Positions 29,726-38,537 of a DNA stretch of 64,000 nt are shown here, piece after piece. The notes under the pieces were generated by a model. That model was not told the DNA's origin and made no database searches. It worked only from the letters and a program-made list of their open reading frames with translations. The position numbers were made by a program, and so were the translations under genes. The stretch lies in assembly GCA_029259185.1 (NCBI GenBank), contig JAPDJF010000003.1, positions 32,001 through 96,000 on the forward strand. Reading direction: 5' to 3'. This DNA is from Hadesarchaea archaeon. Its GTDB lineage: Archaea > Hadarchaeota > Hadarchaeia > Hadarchaeales > WYZ-LMO6. The first letter of the stretch is position 1; the number at the start of each line of letters is the position of its first letter.

Positions 29726-30641
29726 CTCGACCACCGCGAGGAGACCCCGACCTTTTGAGGCGGGGAGGAACTGCGGGGGGGTTTTAAGTGAAAATGCATA
29801 TACGCTGTTCTGATGAGGCTCGCCAAGACCGTCGCGTGCAGGCTTGAGCTCAGCGACGAGGAACGGCATAAGCTCCTCGCACGCTCCAGGCTTTTCGGGA
29901 TGCCTGCAACCACATCTCCAAGATCGCCTTCGAGCGCAGGGTGTTCAACCCCGTCGCCCTGCACCACATGGTTTACAGAGATACCAGGGCCAAATTCGGC
30001 CTGCCTGCGAACCTCGCAATCCGCGCCAGGGATCGGGTGGCCAAAGCATACAAGCAAAGGCGGAACAGGCTCCTCCGGTTCGACAAGCTCTCGCTCGACC
30101 TCGACGCTAGGCTCTTCCGTGTGTTCGAGAAGCCCGACGGGTGGCACGCCTCCATCGCAACGGTTCAGAAGCGGATCAAGCCCCCGCTCAAAATAGGCGA
30201 ATACCAGCGGAAACTGCTCGAGGGTGTCAAGCCGACCCACGCCGTGCTCACCTACAAGAACAAGCGGTTCTTCCTGCACGTCACCGTCGAGCGAGAAGTC
30301 CCGGAGCCAAAAGGAGATAACCCAGCCGCTGTTGATGCGGGAATGAACAATTTGCTCGTCGCTTCCAACGGCTTCAAGGTCAGGGGCAAAGGTATCCTCA
30401 AACGAAGACAGCACTTTCGAGCCTTGCGCTCCTCCCTCCAAGCCAAAGGCAAGCCGTCTGCCAAGCGCGGGCTGAAACGGCTCGGCTCGAAGGAGGGGAG
30501 ATGGGTTGCTCGCGTGAACTTGGAGCGGAGAGCCGGCTCTCCCTCCATGGGCCGCCCCGTCAACCGGCCCTATGCGGGTTTGAGTGTCTTCGGACATGAT
30601 GATCACCCTGCAAGCCCATCCTTTAGGGAAGGGTAGTTGAC
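29726..30641 (+). mobile_element. IS1341-like element D with degenerate tnpB
   Basis: Left end after TTCAT; right end AAGCCCATCCTTTAGGGAAGGGTAGTTGAC. Confidence 0.88.
29813..30636 (+). pseudogene. tnpB: TnpB, frameshifted near 5' end and lacking RuvC-II/Zn finger
   Basis: MRLAKTVACRL, FFLHVTV, RuvC-I AVDAGMNN, bridge helix RSSLQAKG..KRGLKRL, then a jump to the C-terminal tail SPSFREG. Confidence 0.85.
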
Positions 30642-30679
30642 CTTCTTAACCAAATACTTTAAGAACTCAAAACTGTTAC

Positions 30680-30912
30680 GTTCACTTTCCCTCGCGCTTC
30701 GCGGAAGCTTTCCCCGCTTTAGCGGTGCTCTAGCCCCTGCTTCATCCACCGACCCGATCCCATCCCCCTTCGGGCGGTTACGGAGATCCAATGTCCATCC
30801 TACCCGCGTCGTGGAGGTTTACAGGCGTTGGGTTCGGGGTGGCCCTCTCCACCTCCCGGAAGATTTTCGGCTCTCATCCCCAGCTCTCGCAGGGAACTTT
30901 CCGCTGACAGAA
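30680..30912 (-). mobile_element. Non-autonomous derivative G (ORF-less; right end approximate)
   Basis: Highly similar to 39792-40086 in opposite orientation; follows TTTAA. Confidence 0.85.
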
Positions 30913-30948
30913 TTAAAATAGGAGACATCACAACATTGCTTTGGAAGC

Positions 30949-31359
30949 ATGGGAGAGAAAATAGCGAGAATAAGCATCACTTTGCCCCAAGAGCTCCTTA
31001 AGGAACTCGATAAATCATTGAGGGCTCAACGATATGCAAGCCGGTCTGAGGCGATAAGAGATGCGGTCAGAGACTTCTTGGCGGCATACAAGTGGCGAAC
31101 GGAGTTAAGGGGAGAACAGTTGGGAGTTATCGTCCTCCTTTATGATCACCATACCCGCGGGCTTACGGATGTGATCACCGAGATCCAGCACGAAAAAAGT
31201 GAGGTGATAAGAGCCTCCCAGCATATGCACATCGATCAGGAAAACTGTATGGAAACCTTGATGGTAAAGGGACCATCGGAAGAGATAAAACGACTGGTAG
31301 ATAGGCTAGGGGCACTACGTGGAGTCAAGCAAGCTAAGCTCATAGTGGTATCGTCTTAG
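30949..31359 (+). CDS. nikR: Nickel-responsive regulator NikR
   Basis: RISITLP, SRSEAIRDA, YDHH, HMHID..NCME. Confidence 0.95.
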   Translation: MGEKIARISITLPQELLKELDKSLRAQRYASRSEAIRDAVRDFLAAYKWRTELRGEQLGVIVLLYDHHTRGLTDVITEIQHEKSEVIRASQHMHIDQENCMETLMVKGPSEEIKRLVDRLGALRGVKQAKLIVVSS

Positions 31360-31544
31360 GTGAACTACCGCACCGCTAAGGCGGTGGGCCTCTTGCTTCA
31401 ACGATGAGGCTCGATCCCCCTTGGAAGGACGGGTTACGGAGGTCTTGACCTCACGGGCGTTCGTTCGGGCCGTTAGCTATTGCGGAATCGGCCCTCGGCA
31501 CGCATTCGCCCCACGGCTAAAGCGCGCGGGGTTTCGATCCCGTT
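31360..31544 (-). mobile_element. Non-autonomous derivative E (ORF-less)
   Basis: Follows TTTAG; ends GCGGTAGTTCAC flush with the nikR stop; homologous to A. Confidence 0.85.
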
Positions 31545-31700
31545 CTAAATTTTCGATCCGGAGTCCTTTAGCCTTTTTTTGGAAATCTTTCTAACCTCTT
31601 CCCACTCTTTCATTGATTCTAATTTTTTCTTCTTTCGAAAAGCCTCCATTATTTTGTTTTCTTCCATGGCTACTTCAATATCCCCACTTTCACATCCCAA
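31545..31700 (-). CDS. Possible 51-aa Lys/Glu-rich protein
   Basis: TTG start after GGTGATG; GCESGDIEVAMEENKIMEAFRKKKKLESMKEWEEVRK... Confidence 0.35.
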   Translation of the reverse strand: MGCESGDIEVAMEENKIMEAFRKKKKLESMKEWEEVRKISKKRLKDSGSKI

Positions 31701-31745
31701 CTACATCACCATCCTCCTTTTTCCTAGACTCTTAACCGTAATATA

Positions 31746-31767
31746 TTTATGTGCATTTGCACATAAA
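31746..31767. promoter_or_regulatory. Perfect inverted repeat, candidate operator
   Basis: TTTATGTGCA-TT-TGCACATAAA adjoining an AT-rich TATA-like tract. Confidence 0.7.
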
Positions 31768-31782
31768 GGGGAAGGTGAAAAA

Positions 31783-31977
31783 ATGTGGTGGTCTGGTTTC
31801 GGAAGAGGTCGGGGCTGGTATGGGCCTTGGCCGGGAAGGGGACCGTTCAGCTACCTCCCACCTTGGCAGAGGCCGGGGTGGATTTTCGGTAGAGGAGCCT
31901 GCTGGTGGCTTCTCGGGCCGTGGGCTGGGTGGTACTACTACACACCCTATTACGGATTGCCTCTCTACCCCCTCTGA
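31783..31977 (+). CDS. Small Gly/Trp/Tyr/Pro-rich protein (DUF5320-like)
   Basis: MWWSGFGRGRGWYGPWPGRGPFSYLPPWQRPGW..GRGAC; AGGTGA RBS. Confidence 0.7.
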   Translation: MWWSGFGRGRGWYGPWPGRGPFSYLPPWQRPGWIFGRGACWWLLGPWAGWYYYTPYYGLPLYPL

Positions 31978-32040
31978 TCTGGGGGGTTGGAGCTTGAGAG
32001 GTAGCACCAGCAGCTTACTAGGTGAGAGGAGAGTAGGTGT

Positions 32041-32694
32041 TTGAAAGCTCGGAGCGGATCGGAATCATACAAATACCATGAGCCTATATTACTTTTGATG
32101 GGGCTAGAAGTCCTGATCTTGCTACGGGGGGAATACACCCAAGAAAACCTAGCTCTTCCAGCTACTATGGCTTGTAACATCACTGAGGAGGGAGAGACCC
32201 TCTTAGTCCCCTTTCCGTTGGATTCTCCCCGATACTTCCGGTGTGACTCTCCCCCCACCAAGTATACGGTCCCTCCCGCGATCAGAGATCTCGATTTCGA
32301 GGTAATCCTCAGTGATTGGGAGAGTGGATGTCTGGACGTGGGCAAGGCAGTCGTGATATGCGGATTGAGGGGGGAGAAACTGAAGCCAAGATATGTAAGG
32401 GAGAGGGGAATCCCATGTCAAGAGAACATTCTATTCTACACGAGGGGATACACGAGGATCACGGCCCAACCCCATGGAGATATAACCATCGAGAGGTTTA
32501 CCCCAAGATTGACTAAGGAAAAGGAAGTAATAGAGATAAATCATGAGGCATTATGGAGTGGAAATCGAAAAGATCTCCCAGAGGAACTTTCATGTTATAA
32601 ACCCGCAGTAGAGGCGGCGGTAGAAAAAGCTAACTGTCCCAGTTGTAGAGAACCCCATTACGCGTTGAGCAATTCAAGGTTGGGTAAATCTTAA
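32041..32694 (+). CDS. Hypothetical protein with C-terminal CxxCxxxH (start may be 32167)
   Basis: Long ORF, CPSCREPH. Confidence 0.6.
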   Translation: MKARSGSESYKYHEPILLLMGLEVLILLRGEYTQENLALPATMACNITEEGETLLVPFPLDSPRYFRCDSPPTKYTVPPAIRDLDFEVILSDWESGCLDVGKAVVICGLRGEKLKPRYVRERGIPCQENILFYTRGYTRITAQPHGDITIERFTPRLTKEKEVIEINHEALWSGNRKDLPEELSCYKPAVEAAVEKANCPSCREPHYALSNSRLGKS

Positions 32695-32698
32695 TACT

Positions 32699-33376
32699 AT
32701 GTTCAAAATACCCATTCTAATGTCGGAGCTGAAGCTTGTCCTTGAGGCTCTGCTCGATTTCAAAGGGGAAAAAATAAGAGACTTTTGTGAGCGGAAACTT
32801 GGGGAAGGAACGAGCGCATACGAGATACTCCAAGAACTCAATCGGGGTTTGGATGAGATAGGGAAAGGATATGAAAATAAAGAGTTCAGAAGATACTTCG
32901 AATCAGACCTGATCGTTTCTGGAGCTAACATGAGGAGGGCCATAGAAATCTTAAAACCCGAACTTGAGAAGGAGGCGAGGAAAGAAACGAAGAGAAGGGG
33001 AAAAGTGCTCATCGGCACCGTGAAGGGGGACGTACACGATATCGGTAAAACAATTGCAGGTATCGTTTTACAATCGAACGGATTCGAGATCATAGATCTC
33101 GGTACGGATGTGGATAAAGCGACATTCGTAAATAAGGTAAGAGAACTCAAGCCTGACATCGTGGGCATGTCGGCACTCCTCTCATCCACCGTGCCTTACA
33201 TGGGGGAAGTGATCAAGGCCTTGGAAGCTGAAGGGTTGAGGAACAGAGTTAAGGTGATAGTGGGTGGCAGAGCCGTGAGCAAGGAGTTCGCCGAGCGGAT
33301 AGGAGCTGATGCGTATGCAGAAGATGCGATAGACGGGCTAAAAAAGTGTATTTCTCTCATGGAGGGGAAAGAGTGA
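32699..33376 (+). CDS. Corrinoid (cobalamin-binding) protein, MtaC/MttC family
   Basis: GTVKGDVHDIGK (DxHxxG), DLGTDV, MSALL, VGG. Confidence 0.93.
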   Translation: MFKIPILMSELKLVLEALLDFKGEKIRDFCERKLGEGTSAYEILQELNRGLDEIGKGYENKEFRRYFESDLIVSGANMRRAIEILKPELEKEARKETKRRGKVLIGTVKGDVHDIGKTIAGIVLQSNGFEIIDLGTDVDKATFVNKVRELKPDIVGMSALLSSTVPYMGEVIKALEAEGLRNRVKVIVGGRAVSKEFAERIGADAYAEDAIDGLKKCISLMEGKE

Positions 33377-34281
33377 GAATTTACATCATCTATAGGGGAC
33401 CTTTCGGCGAGCAGATCACGAACAATCTCGCGCTTAAGGGATTCGCTGAAATGATCTCTGGAATTTACGAGCTGAAGCCCGAAACGATAGAGGAAGAGTA
33501 TCAAGAGGAGGATCTTTGGAACAAGGTGTGGGAGGAACCAGCCAAGTACGTCCCCAAGAGTTTACCTATCAAAAGGTGTGATCTCCTGCTGGTTTTGGGC
33601 ATCCATTCTAAACTTGGTGACTTTATTCCCCCTATAGCGGAGAAACTGGGGGCCAAAGCCGTACTTTACCCAATAGATGATAAGCAACACGCTCCCGAAG
33701 CTAGGAAAACGGTGGAAGAGGATCTGAGAGCGAAGGGAATACACGTGGAATTTCCAGAGCCATTTTGTGTTCTGGAGGGGAGTGAGGATCCCATGATAAA
33801 CGAGTTTGCACAACACTTTGGGAGACCGAAATTCAAGATAATCTCAGAAGGGAGCACTATTCACTCCGTAGAGGTGTTGAGGGACACCCCCTGTGGCTCG
33901 GCGACTTCTGTAGCAAAAAAAATGGTGGGGTTCAGTTGTGCGAATCTGAAGGCCTTAAAAGAAAAGCTGTTTAGTGAACACCACAACGAAGAGAACGAAA
34001 ATTACTGTCTAGCGGAAATGGATCCCCTCCATCCCTACATGCAGGAAGCTGGTGACATACTAGTGGATGCTTTCTTCGAGGCCTGTGGCGTTCCCACCCT
34101 CCAAGAACTTATCTTGAAAGAAATAGAATCGACCGGGAAGCTGGATCTTTCAATCCTCAAGAGTAAATTCGTCGATGAGGAGAAACGATGTGAAACGGGT
34201 ATGACTATCGAGCGAGTTGTTGATGAGCTAGTTCGGAAAGGAAAGATACCGAGGGACTTGCTTCACTCCCATACCGAGTGA
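33373..34281 (+). CDS. DUF166 family protein with C-terminal extension
   Basis: PEPFCVL, FGRPKF, VLRDTPCGS. Confidence 0.8.
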   Translation: MRIYIIYRGPFGEQITNNLALKGFAEMISGIYELKPETIEEEYQEEDLWNKVWEEPAKYVPKSLPIKRCDLLLVLGIHSKLGDFIPPIAEKLGAKAVLYPIDDKQHAPEARKTVEEDLRAKGIHVEFPEPFCVLEGSEDPMINEFAQHFGRPKFKIISEGSTIHSVEVLRDTPCGSATSVAKKMVGFSCANLKALKEKLFSEHHNEENENYCLAEMDPLHPYMQEAGDILVDAFFEACGVPTLQELILKEIESTGKLDLSILKSKFVDEEKRCETGMTIERVVDELVRKGKIPRDLLHSHTE

Positions 34282-34298
34282 ACTCGGTTAGAAACTAG

Positions 34299-35912
34299 TC
34301 AGGGGGAGGTGCACTGGTCGAACACTAGTTCACCCATGAGTCTGTAGAGGAAGTTGCTCTCCGATTCGAGGTTCAAATGCTCGATCCGGCTTACCATTTC
34401 TTCCACTTCTTTTCGTTTCTTCCTCGAGACCAACACCTGTCGGGCCCCCTCTAGTGCCGCATTCCCCACCCGTTCGACCCTACTGAGGGAAACTTCAGGG
34501 AGTAGACCTATCCGGTAAGAGTTTTCTACGTTTATGTAGTTTCCGAATGCCCCGGCGAGGTAAATCTTTTTTACCTCACCTAGGCTGGTCCCATATTTCT
34601 CCAGAAGCACCTTATTTCCCACACAAACCGCCGCTTTCGCGAGCTTCAGCTTGTCTATATCCTCCCCATCTATTTTTATGGGTCTCTCTCCGGCGACTAC
34701 CACGAATTCCCGCCCGCCCTTTTTGAATTTTCCTGTTTTGTCTATTATCCCACGATCCAGCATCTGGGCCAGGATATCGATCAGGCCAGATCCACATATC
34801 CCCACGGGTGGGAGGTCACCTATGGTCTCGTATCGAACCCGCATGCTTTCGTCTATTTCTACCTTGTGTATTGCCCCCTCTACTGCCCCACTCCCACATT
34901 TTATCCCGCTTCCCTCGAAGGCGGGTCCGGAGGCGCATGAGGTGGCGATCATCCTATCTTTATTTCCTATCACTATCTCGGTGTTGGTTCCTATGTCTAT
35001 CATCATGCTCACCTCTCGCCTCTTGTGCATCCCTGTAGCTAAAATGGCAGCAGAGGTGTCGGCCCCCACGAAACCCCCGATGAGGGGAAGAGCATAGACG
35101 TTTCCCTTGGGATTCATCTTTATTCCTAGCTCTCCTCCACTTCTGTTCACGGGATCTTTGGTGAACGGCTCAAACGGGGCCACCCCTAGAGAATCCACCG
35201 GGTGGCCTAGGAAGAGATCCCTCATCGTTGAGTTTCCTACCACGACCATCTCGTATACGTGCTGCGGATCGACTTTCAGCCCCTCGATCATCTCGTTCAC
35301 CCCACTTCTCACAACGGTCTCCAGTTTGTGCTGCTTTTTCTCCCGAGCACGGGTTATCCTGGCGATGACATCGCTTCCATACACTTCTTGAGGGTTCTTC
35401 ATAGCAGTAGTCCCCACGATGAGTCCTTTTTCTAAATCCACGCAGTACATCGCTAGTGTGGTTGTTCCAATATCCAGAGCTAGCCCGAGCATCTCCCCCT
35501 CATAATCCCCGATCTCCCTCACAATTCCATTCCACTCCCAGCGCACCCTCCGTGTTTCTCCTTCACCACCAACTACACCTATCACCGGTTCGAGGGGTAC
35601 TGGAACGACCTTGCCTCTCTCCAGCACCTTGTACCTCCGCTTTGGGACTTCCACGTATATGTTTGCATCTTCTTTCTCCACTCTGGCTTGGCAGGCGAGT
35701 CTGTATCCGGTTTCTTTGATGAACTTCTTTTCGATGTCTCCGGGTTCGTTCAGCCCTTCTCCTTCTACTTTTACCACACACTGGCCACACGCTCCGATGC
35801 CTCCGCAGAGGGAGCTTATGTCTATCCCGAGTTCTTGGCAATAAGAGAGGATCGTCTTGCCCTTGGTCAGTTTCGCTTCCTTTCCGTAGTTCCGAAAAAA
35901 AATCTTCCCCAA
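34299..35912 (-). CDS. Reductive activator of corrinoid proteins (RACo/RamA, ASKHA ATPase with 2Fe-2S)
   Basis: CGGIGACGQC..RLACQ, DIGTTT, DIGTNTE, GPAFEG, GICGSG. Confidence 0.93.
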   Translation of the reverse strand: MGKIFFRNYGKEAKLTKGKTILSYCQELGIDISSLCGGIGACGQCVVKVEGEGLNEPGDIEKKFIKETGYRLACQARVEKEDANIYVEVPKRRYKVLERGKVVPVPLEPVIGVVGGEGETRRVRWEWNGIVREIGDYEGEMLGLALDIGTTTLAMYCVDLEKGLIVGTTAMKNPQEVYGSDVIARITRAREKKQHKLETVVRSGVNEMIEGLKVDPQHVYEMVVVGNSTMRDLFLGHPVDSLGVAPFEPFTKDPVNRSGGELGIKMNPKGNVYALPLIGGFVGADTSAAILATGMHKRREVSMMIDIGTNTEIVIGNKDRMIATSCASGPAFEGSGIKCGSGAVEGAIHKVEIDESMRVRYETIGDLPPVGICGSGLIDILAQMLDRGIIDKTGKFKKGGREFVVVAGERPIKIDGEDIDKLKLAKAAVCVGNKVLLEKYGTSLGEVKKIYLAGAFGNYINVENSYRIGLLPEVSLSRVERVGNAALEGARQVLVSRKKRKEVEEMVSRIEHLNLESESNFLYRLMGELVFDQCTSP

Positions 35913-36093
35913 TCTCTCCCCTCTAACAAACACTTTTCTTGGATTTAATCTCACCGGCAAGAGGCTTTGTGGTGGATGAGCGGAGATTCGTTCCAAGTAT
36001 TCGGATTTCAGCGATCACCATACCAAAAGTTTTTATGTGCAATAGCTAAAAAACATAAGCTTAAAGATGGATGAGTAAAAGGGGGGAAGGGCC

Positions 36094-36513
36094 GTGAATG
36101 GACATGAACCGAGGATTATAGCTTTCTTCTGCAACTTCTGCTCCTATTTAGCAGCAGATATGGCTGGAGTGAGCAGGATCCAGTATCCGCCGAACGTGCG
36201 GATTATCCGACTGATGTGTACAGGAAGATTGAGTCCTCTTTATATTCTAGAAGCGTTCGCGCGAGGTGCTGACGGGGTGTTGGTGGCGGGATGCCATCCC
36301 GGTGATTGTCACTTCATAAAAGGAAACCTGTATGCGAGGAGGAGAGTTTCCATGTTGAAGAAACTGCTTGAGATGATGGGGATAGACCCGAGGAGACTCC
36401 GACTCGAGTGGGTTTCAGCCTCCGAAGGAAACAAACTCGCGAACGTGATCAAGGAATTCGTTGAAGAAGTTAGATCGCTCGGAGCCAACCCGCTGAAGGA
36501 GGTTAACGCGTGA
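36094..36513 (+). CDS. mvhD: MvhD/FlpD 2Fe-2S subunit
   Basis: CNFCSYLAADMAG, MCTGR, GCHPGDCHF. Confidence 0.95.
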   Translation: MNGHEPRIIAFFCNFCSYLAADMAGVSRIQYPPNVRIIRLMCTGRLSPLYILEAFARGADGVLVAGCHPGDCHFIKGNLYARRRVSMLKKLLEMMGIDPRRLRLEWVSASEGNKLANVIKEFVEEVRSLGANPLKEVNA

Positions 36514-38537
36514 TCGACTACGTGCCCACCATCTGTCCGTACTGCGGGTGCGGGTGTGGTATGTACTTGGTGGTGAAAGAGGGGAGGATAGTGGGTGTGG
36601 AGCCATGGAAGGAACATCCAGTGAGTGAAGGAAAGCTGTGTCCAAAAGGGAGGAATTCTTACGAGTTCCTGTACAGCCATGATAGATTGAAAAAACCATT
36701 GGTACGTCGGGGAGATAGACTTGTGGAAGGATCTTGGGAGGATGCGCTTCGCCGAGTGGTCAACGAGTTCAGAGATACCTCTCCAGAGGATTTTGGAATT
36801 CTCGCATCGGGAAAGACAACAAATGAGGAGAGCTATGTGTTGCAGAAGTTCGGGAGGGTAGTTATAGGAACCAACAACATAGACTACTGTGCTAGGTTCT
36901 GTCACGCAACCACGGTTGGTGGGTTGGGGCCCACCTTAGGTTCTGGAGTGATGGCATCTTCCGTGCTAGACTACGAGCTTCCCGATTGTTTTTTGATAGC
37001 CGGGGTGAATGTTCAGGAGACATTCCCTGCTATCGCGAGACGCATCAAAAGGGCAAAAGAACGTGGGGCAAAGATAATAGTTATCGACCCCCGGAAGACG
37101 CTTACGGCTAAGCTTTATGCAGATATACATCTCCAACTCTTTCCGGGAACCGATGTTGCACTCATAAATGGGATGATGCGCGTGATACTGGATGAGGGAC
37201 TTGAAAACGGAGAGTTCATCGAGAAGAGAACCAAAGGTTTTGAGGAGCTCAAAGAATACTTGCTCAGCATCGATCTCAAAGAAGTGGAAGAAACCACGAA
37301 CGTCTCGCTAGATGAAATCAAAAAGGCGGCTGAAACATATGCCGGGGCAAAAACCGGTAGCATCCTTTACGATGAGGGGATCACGGAGTACACGACGGGA
37401 GCGGAGAAAATAACCGCGTTGGCCGACTTAGCTTTGCTTACCGGACACGTGGGTAAGCCGGGTGCGGGCGTGAATCCGATGAGGGGGCAAATAAATGGAG
37501 AAGGCACAGGAGACATGGGGTGTTTCCCGGTGTTCTATCCCGGGTTCAAGCCTCTAACCGAGCAGACATTCGAATTTTTCAGGGACGTCTGGAATGTTGA
37601 GTCAATTCCCGAGAAAGCAGGCAAGACCGTTATGGAGATGCTCGAGGACTGCAAAAAACTCTACATCGTGGGTTTTAATCCCATGGTCTCTGCGCCCCAC
37701 GTCACTCGGGTAAAGGAATTGTTGGAGCAGAAAGAGTTCGTGGTTGTTCAGGACATTTTTCTAACGGAGACCGCAGCTTTGGCAGATGTTGTCTTACCGA
37801 GCGCAGCGTGGGGGGAGAAAATGGGTACACACACATGGACCGATCGAAGGGTTCAACTCGTTAGGAAAGCCGTGGATCCACCTGGAGAAGCCATTCCCGA
37901 TTGGCAGATAATCTGCAGGTTAGCTGAGATGATGGGATACGGCGATCACTTCGAATACAAATCTCCACGTGATATTTTCGAGGAGATAAGGAGGTGTGTT
38001 CCCCAATATAGAGGGATCAGCTATGAAAGATTGGAGAAGAGTTCAGGAGGGATTCAGTGGCCCTGTCCTTCGGAAGATCATCCAGGGACCTCCACGATGT
38101 TCGTGGAGAGATTTAACACCCCTGATGGATTCGGACACTTTGGAGTAGTTCAGTACAGGCCCCCGGCGGAACTTCCGGATAACGAATATCCGTTCATGCT
38201 TACCACGGGGAGGGTGATATTCCATTACCACACCGGCACGATGACGAGGAGAACCGAGAGACTCAGCAACGAAGTCCCCACGGGTTTTGCCGTGATCCAT
38301 CCCGAAAATGCTGAGGAGCTCGGGATAATGGATGGGGATGAGATCCTACTTGTCTCAAGACGTGGGAGAGTTAAAACTTTTGCGAGAGTCTCAAACGAGG
38401 TTGCGAGGGGGCTCATATTCATGCCGTTTCATTTCGCCGAACGTGCGGCGAATATCCTGACGAACCCCGTGTTGGCACCCACTAAGATGCCCGAGTTCAA
38501 ACTCTGTGCTGTCAGGATCGAGAGGGAGGGCAGTTGA
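36510..38537 (+). CDS. fdhA: Formate dehydrogenase alpha (Mo/W-bisPGD, Cys ligand)
   Basis: CPYCGCGC, LCPKG, CARFCH, PEFKLCAV. Confidence 0.92.
   Translation: MIDYVPTICPYCGCGCGMYLVVKEGRIVGVEPWKEHPVSEGKLCPKGRNSYEFLYSHDRLKKPLVRRGDRLVEGSWEDALRRVVNEFRDTSPEDFGILASGKTTNEESYVLQKFGRVVIGTNNIDYCARFCHATTVGGLGPTLGSGVMASSVLDYELPDCFLIAGVNVQETFPAIARRIKRAKERGAKIIVIDPRKTLTAKLYADIHLQLFPGTDVALINGMMRVILDEGLENGEFIEKRTKGFEELKEYLLSIDLKEVEETTNVSLDEIKKAAETYAGAKTGSILYDEGITEYTTGAEKITALADLALLTGHVGKPGAGVNPMRGQINGEGTGDMGCFPVFYPGFKPLTEQTFEFFRDVWNVESIPEKAGKTVMEMLEDCKKLYIVGFNPMVSAPHVTRVKELLEQKEFVVVQDIFLTETAALADVVLPSAAWGEKMGTHTWTDRRVQLVRKAVDPPGEAIPDWQIICRLAEMMGYGDHFEYKSPRDIFEEIRRCVPQYRGISYERLEKSSGGIQWPCPSEDHPGTSTMFVERFNTPDGFGHFGVVQYRPPAELPDNEYPFMLTTGRVIFHYHTGTMTRRTERLSNEVPTGFAVIHPENAEELGIMDGDEILLVSRRGRVKTFARVSNEVARGLIFMPFHFAERAANILTNPVLAPTKMPEFKLCAVRIEREGS

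Noticed and set aside
28931-29869. N-terminal extension of CooC in the ORF track
   Set aside because: Read-through into element D; homology starts at MKIAITGKGG
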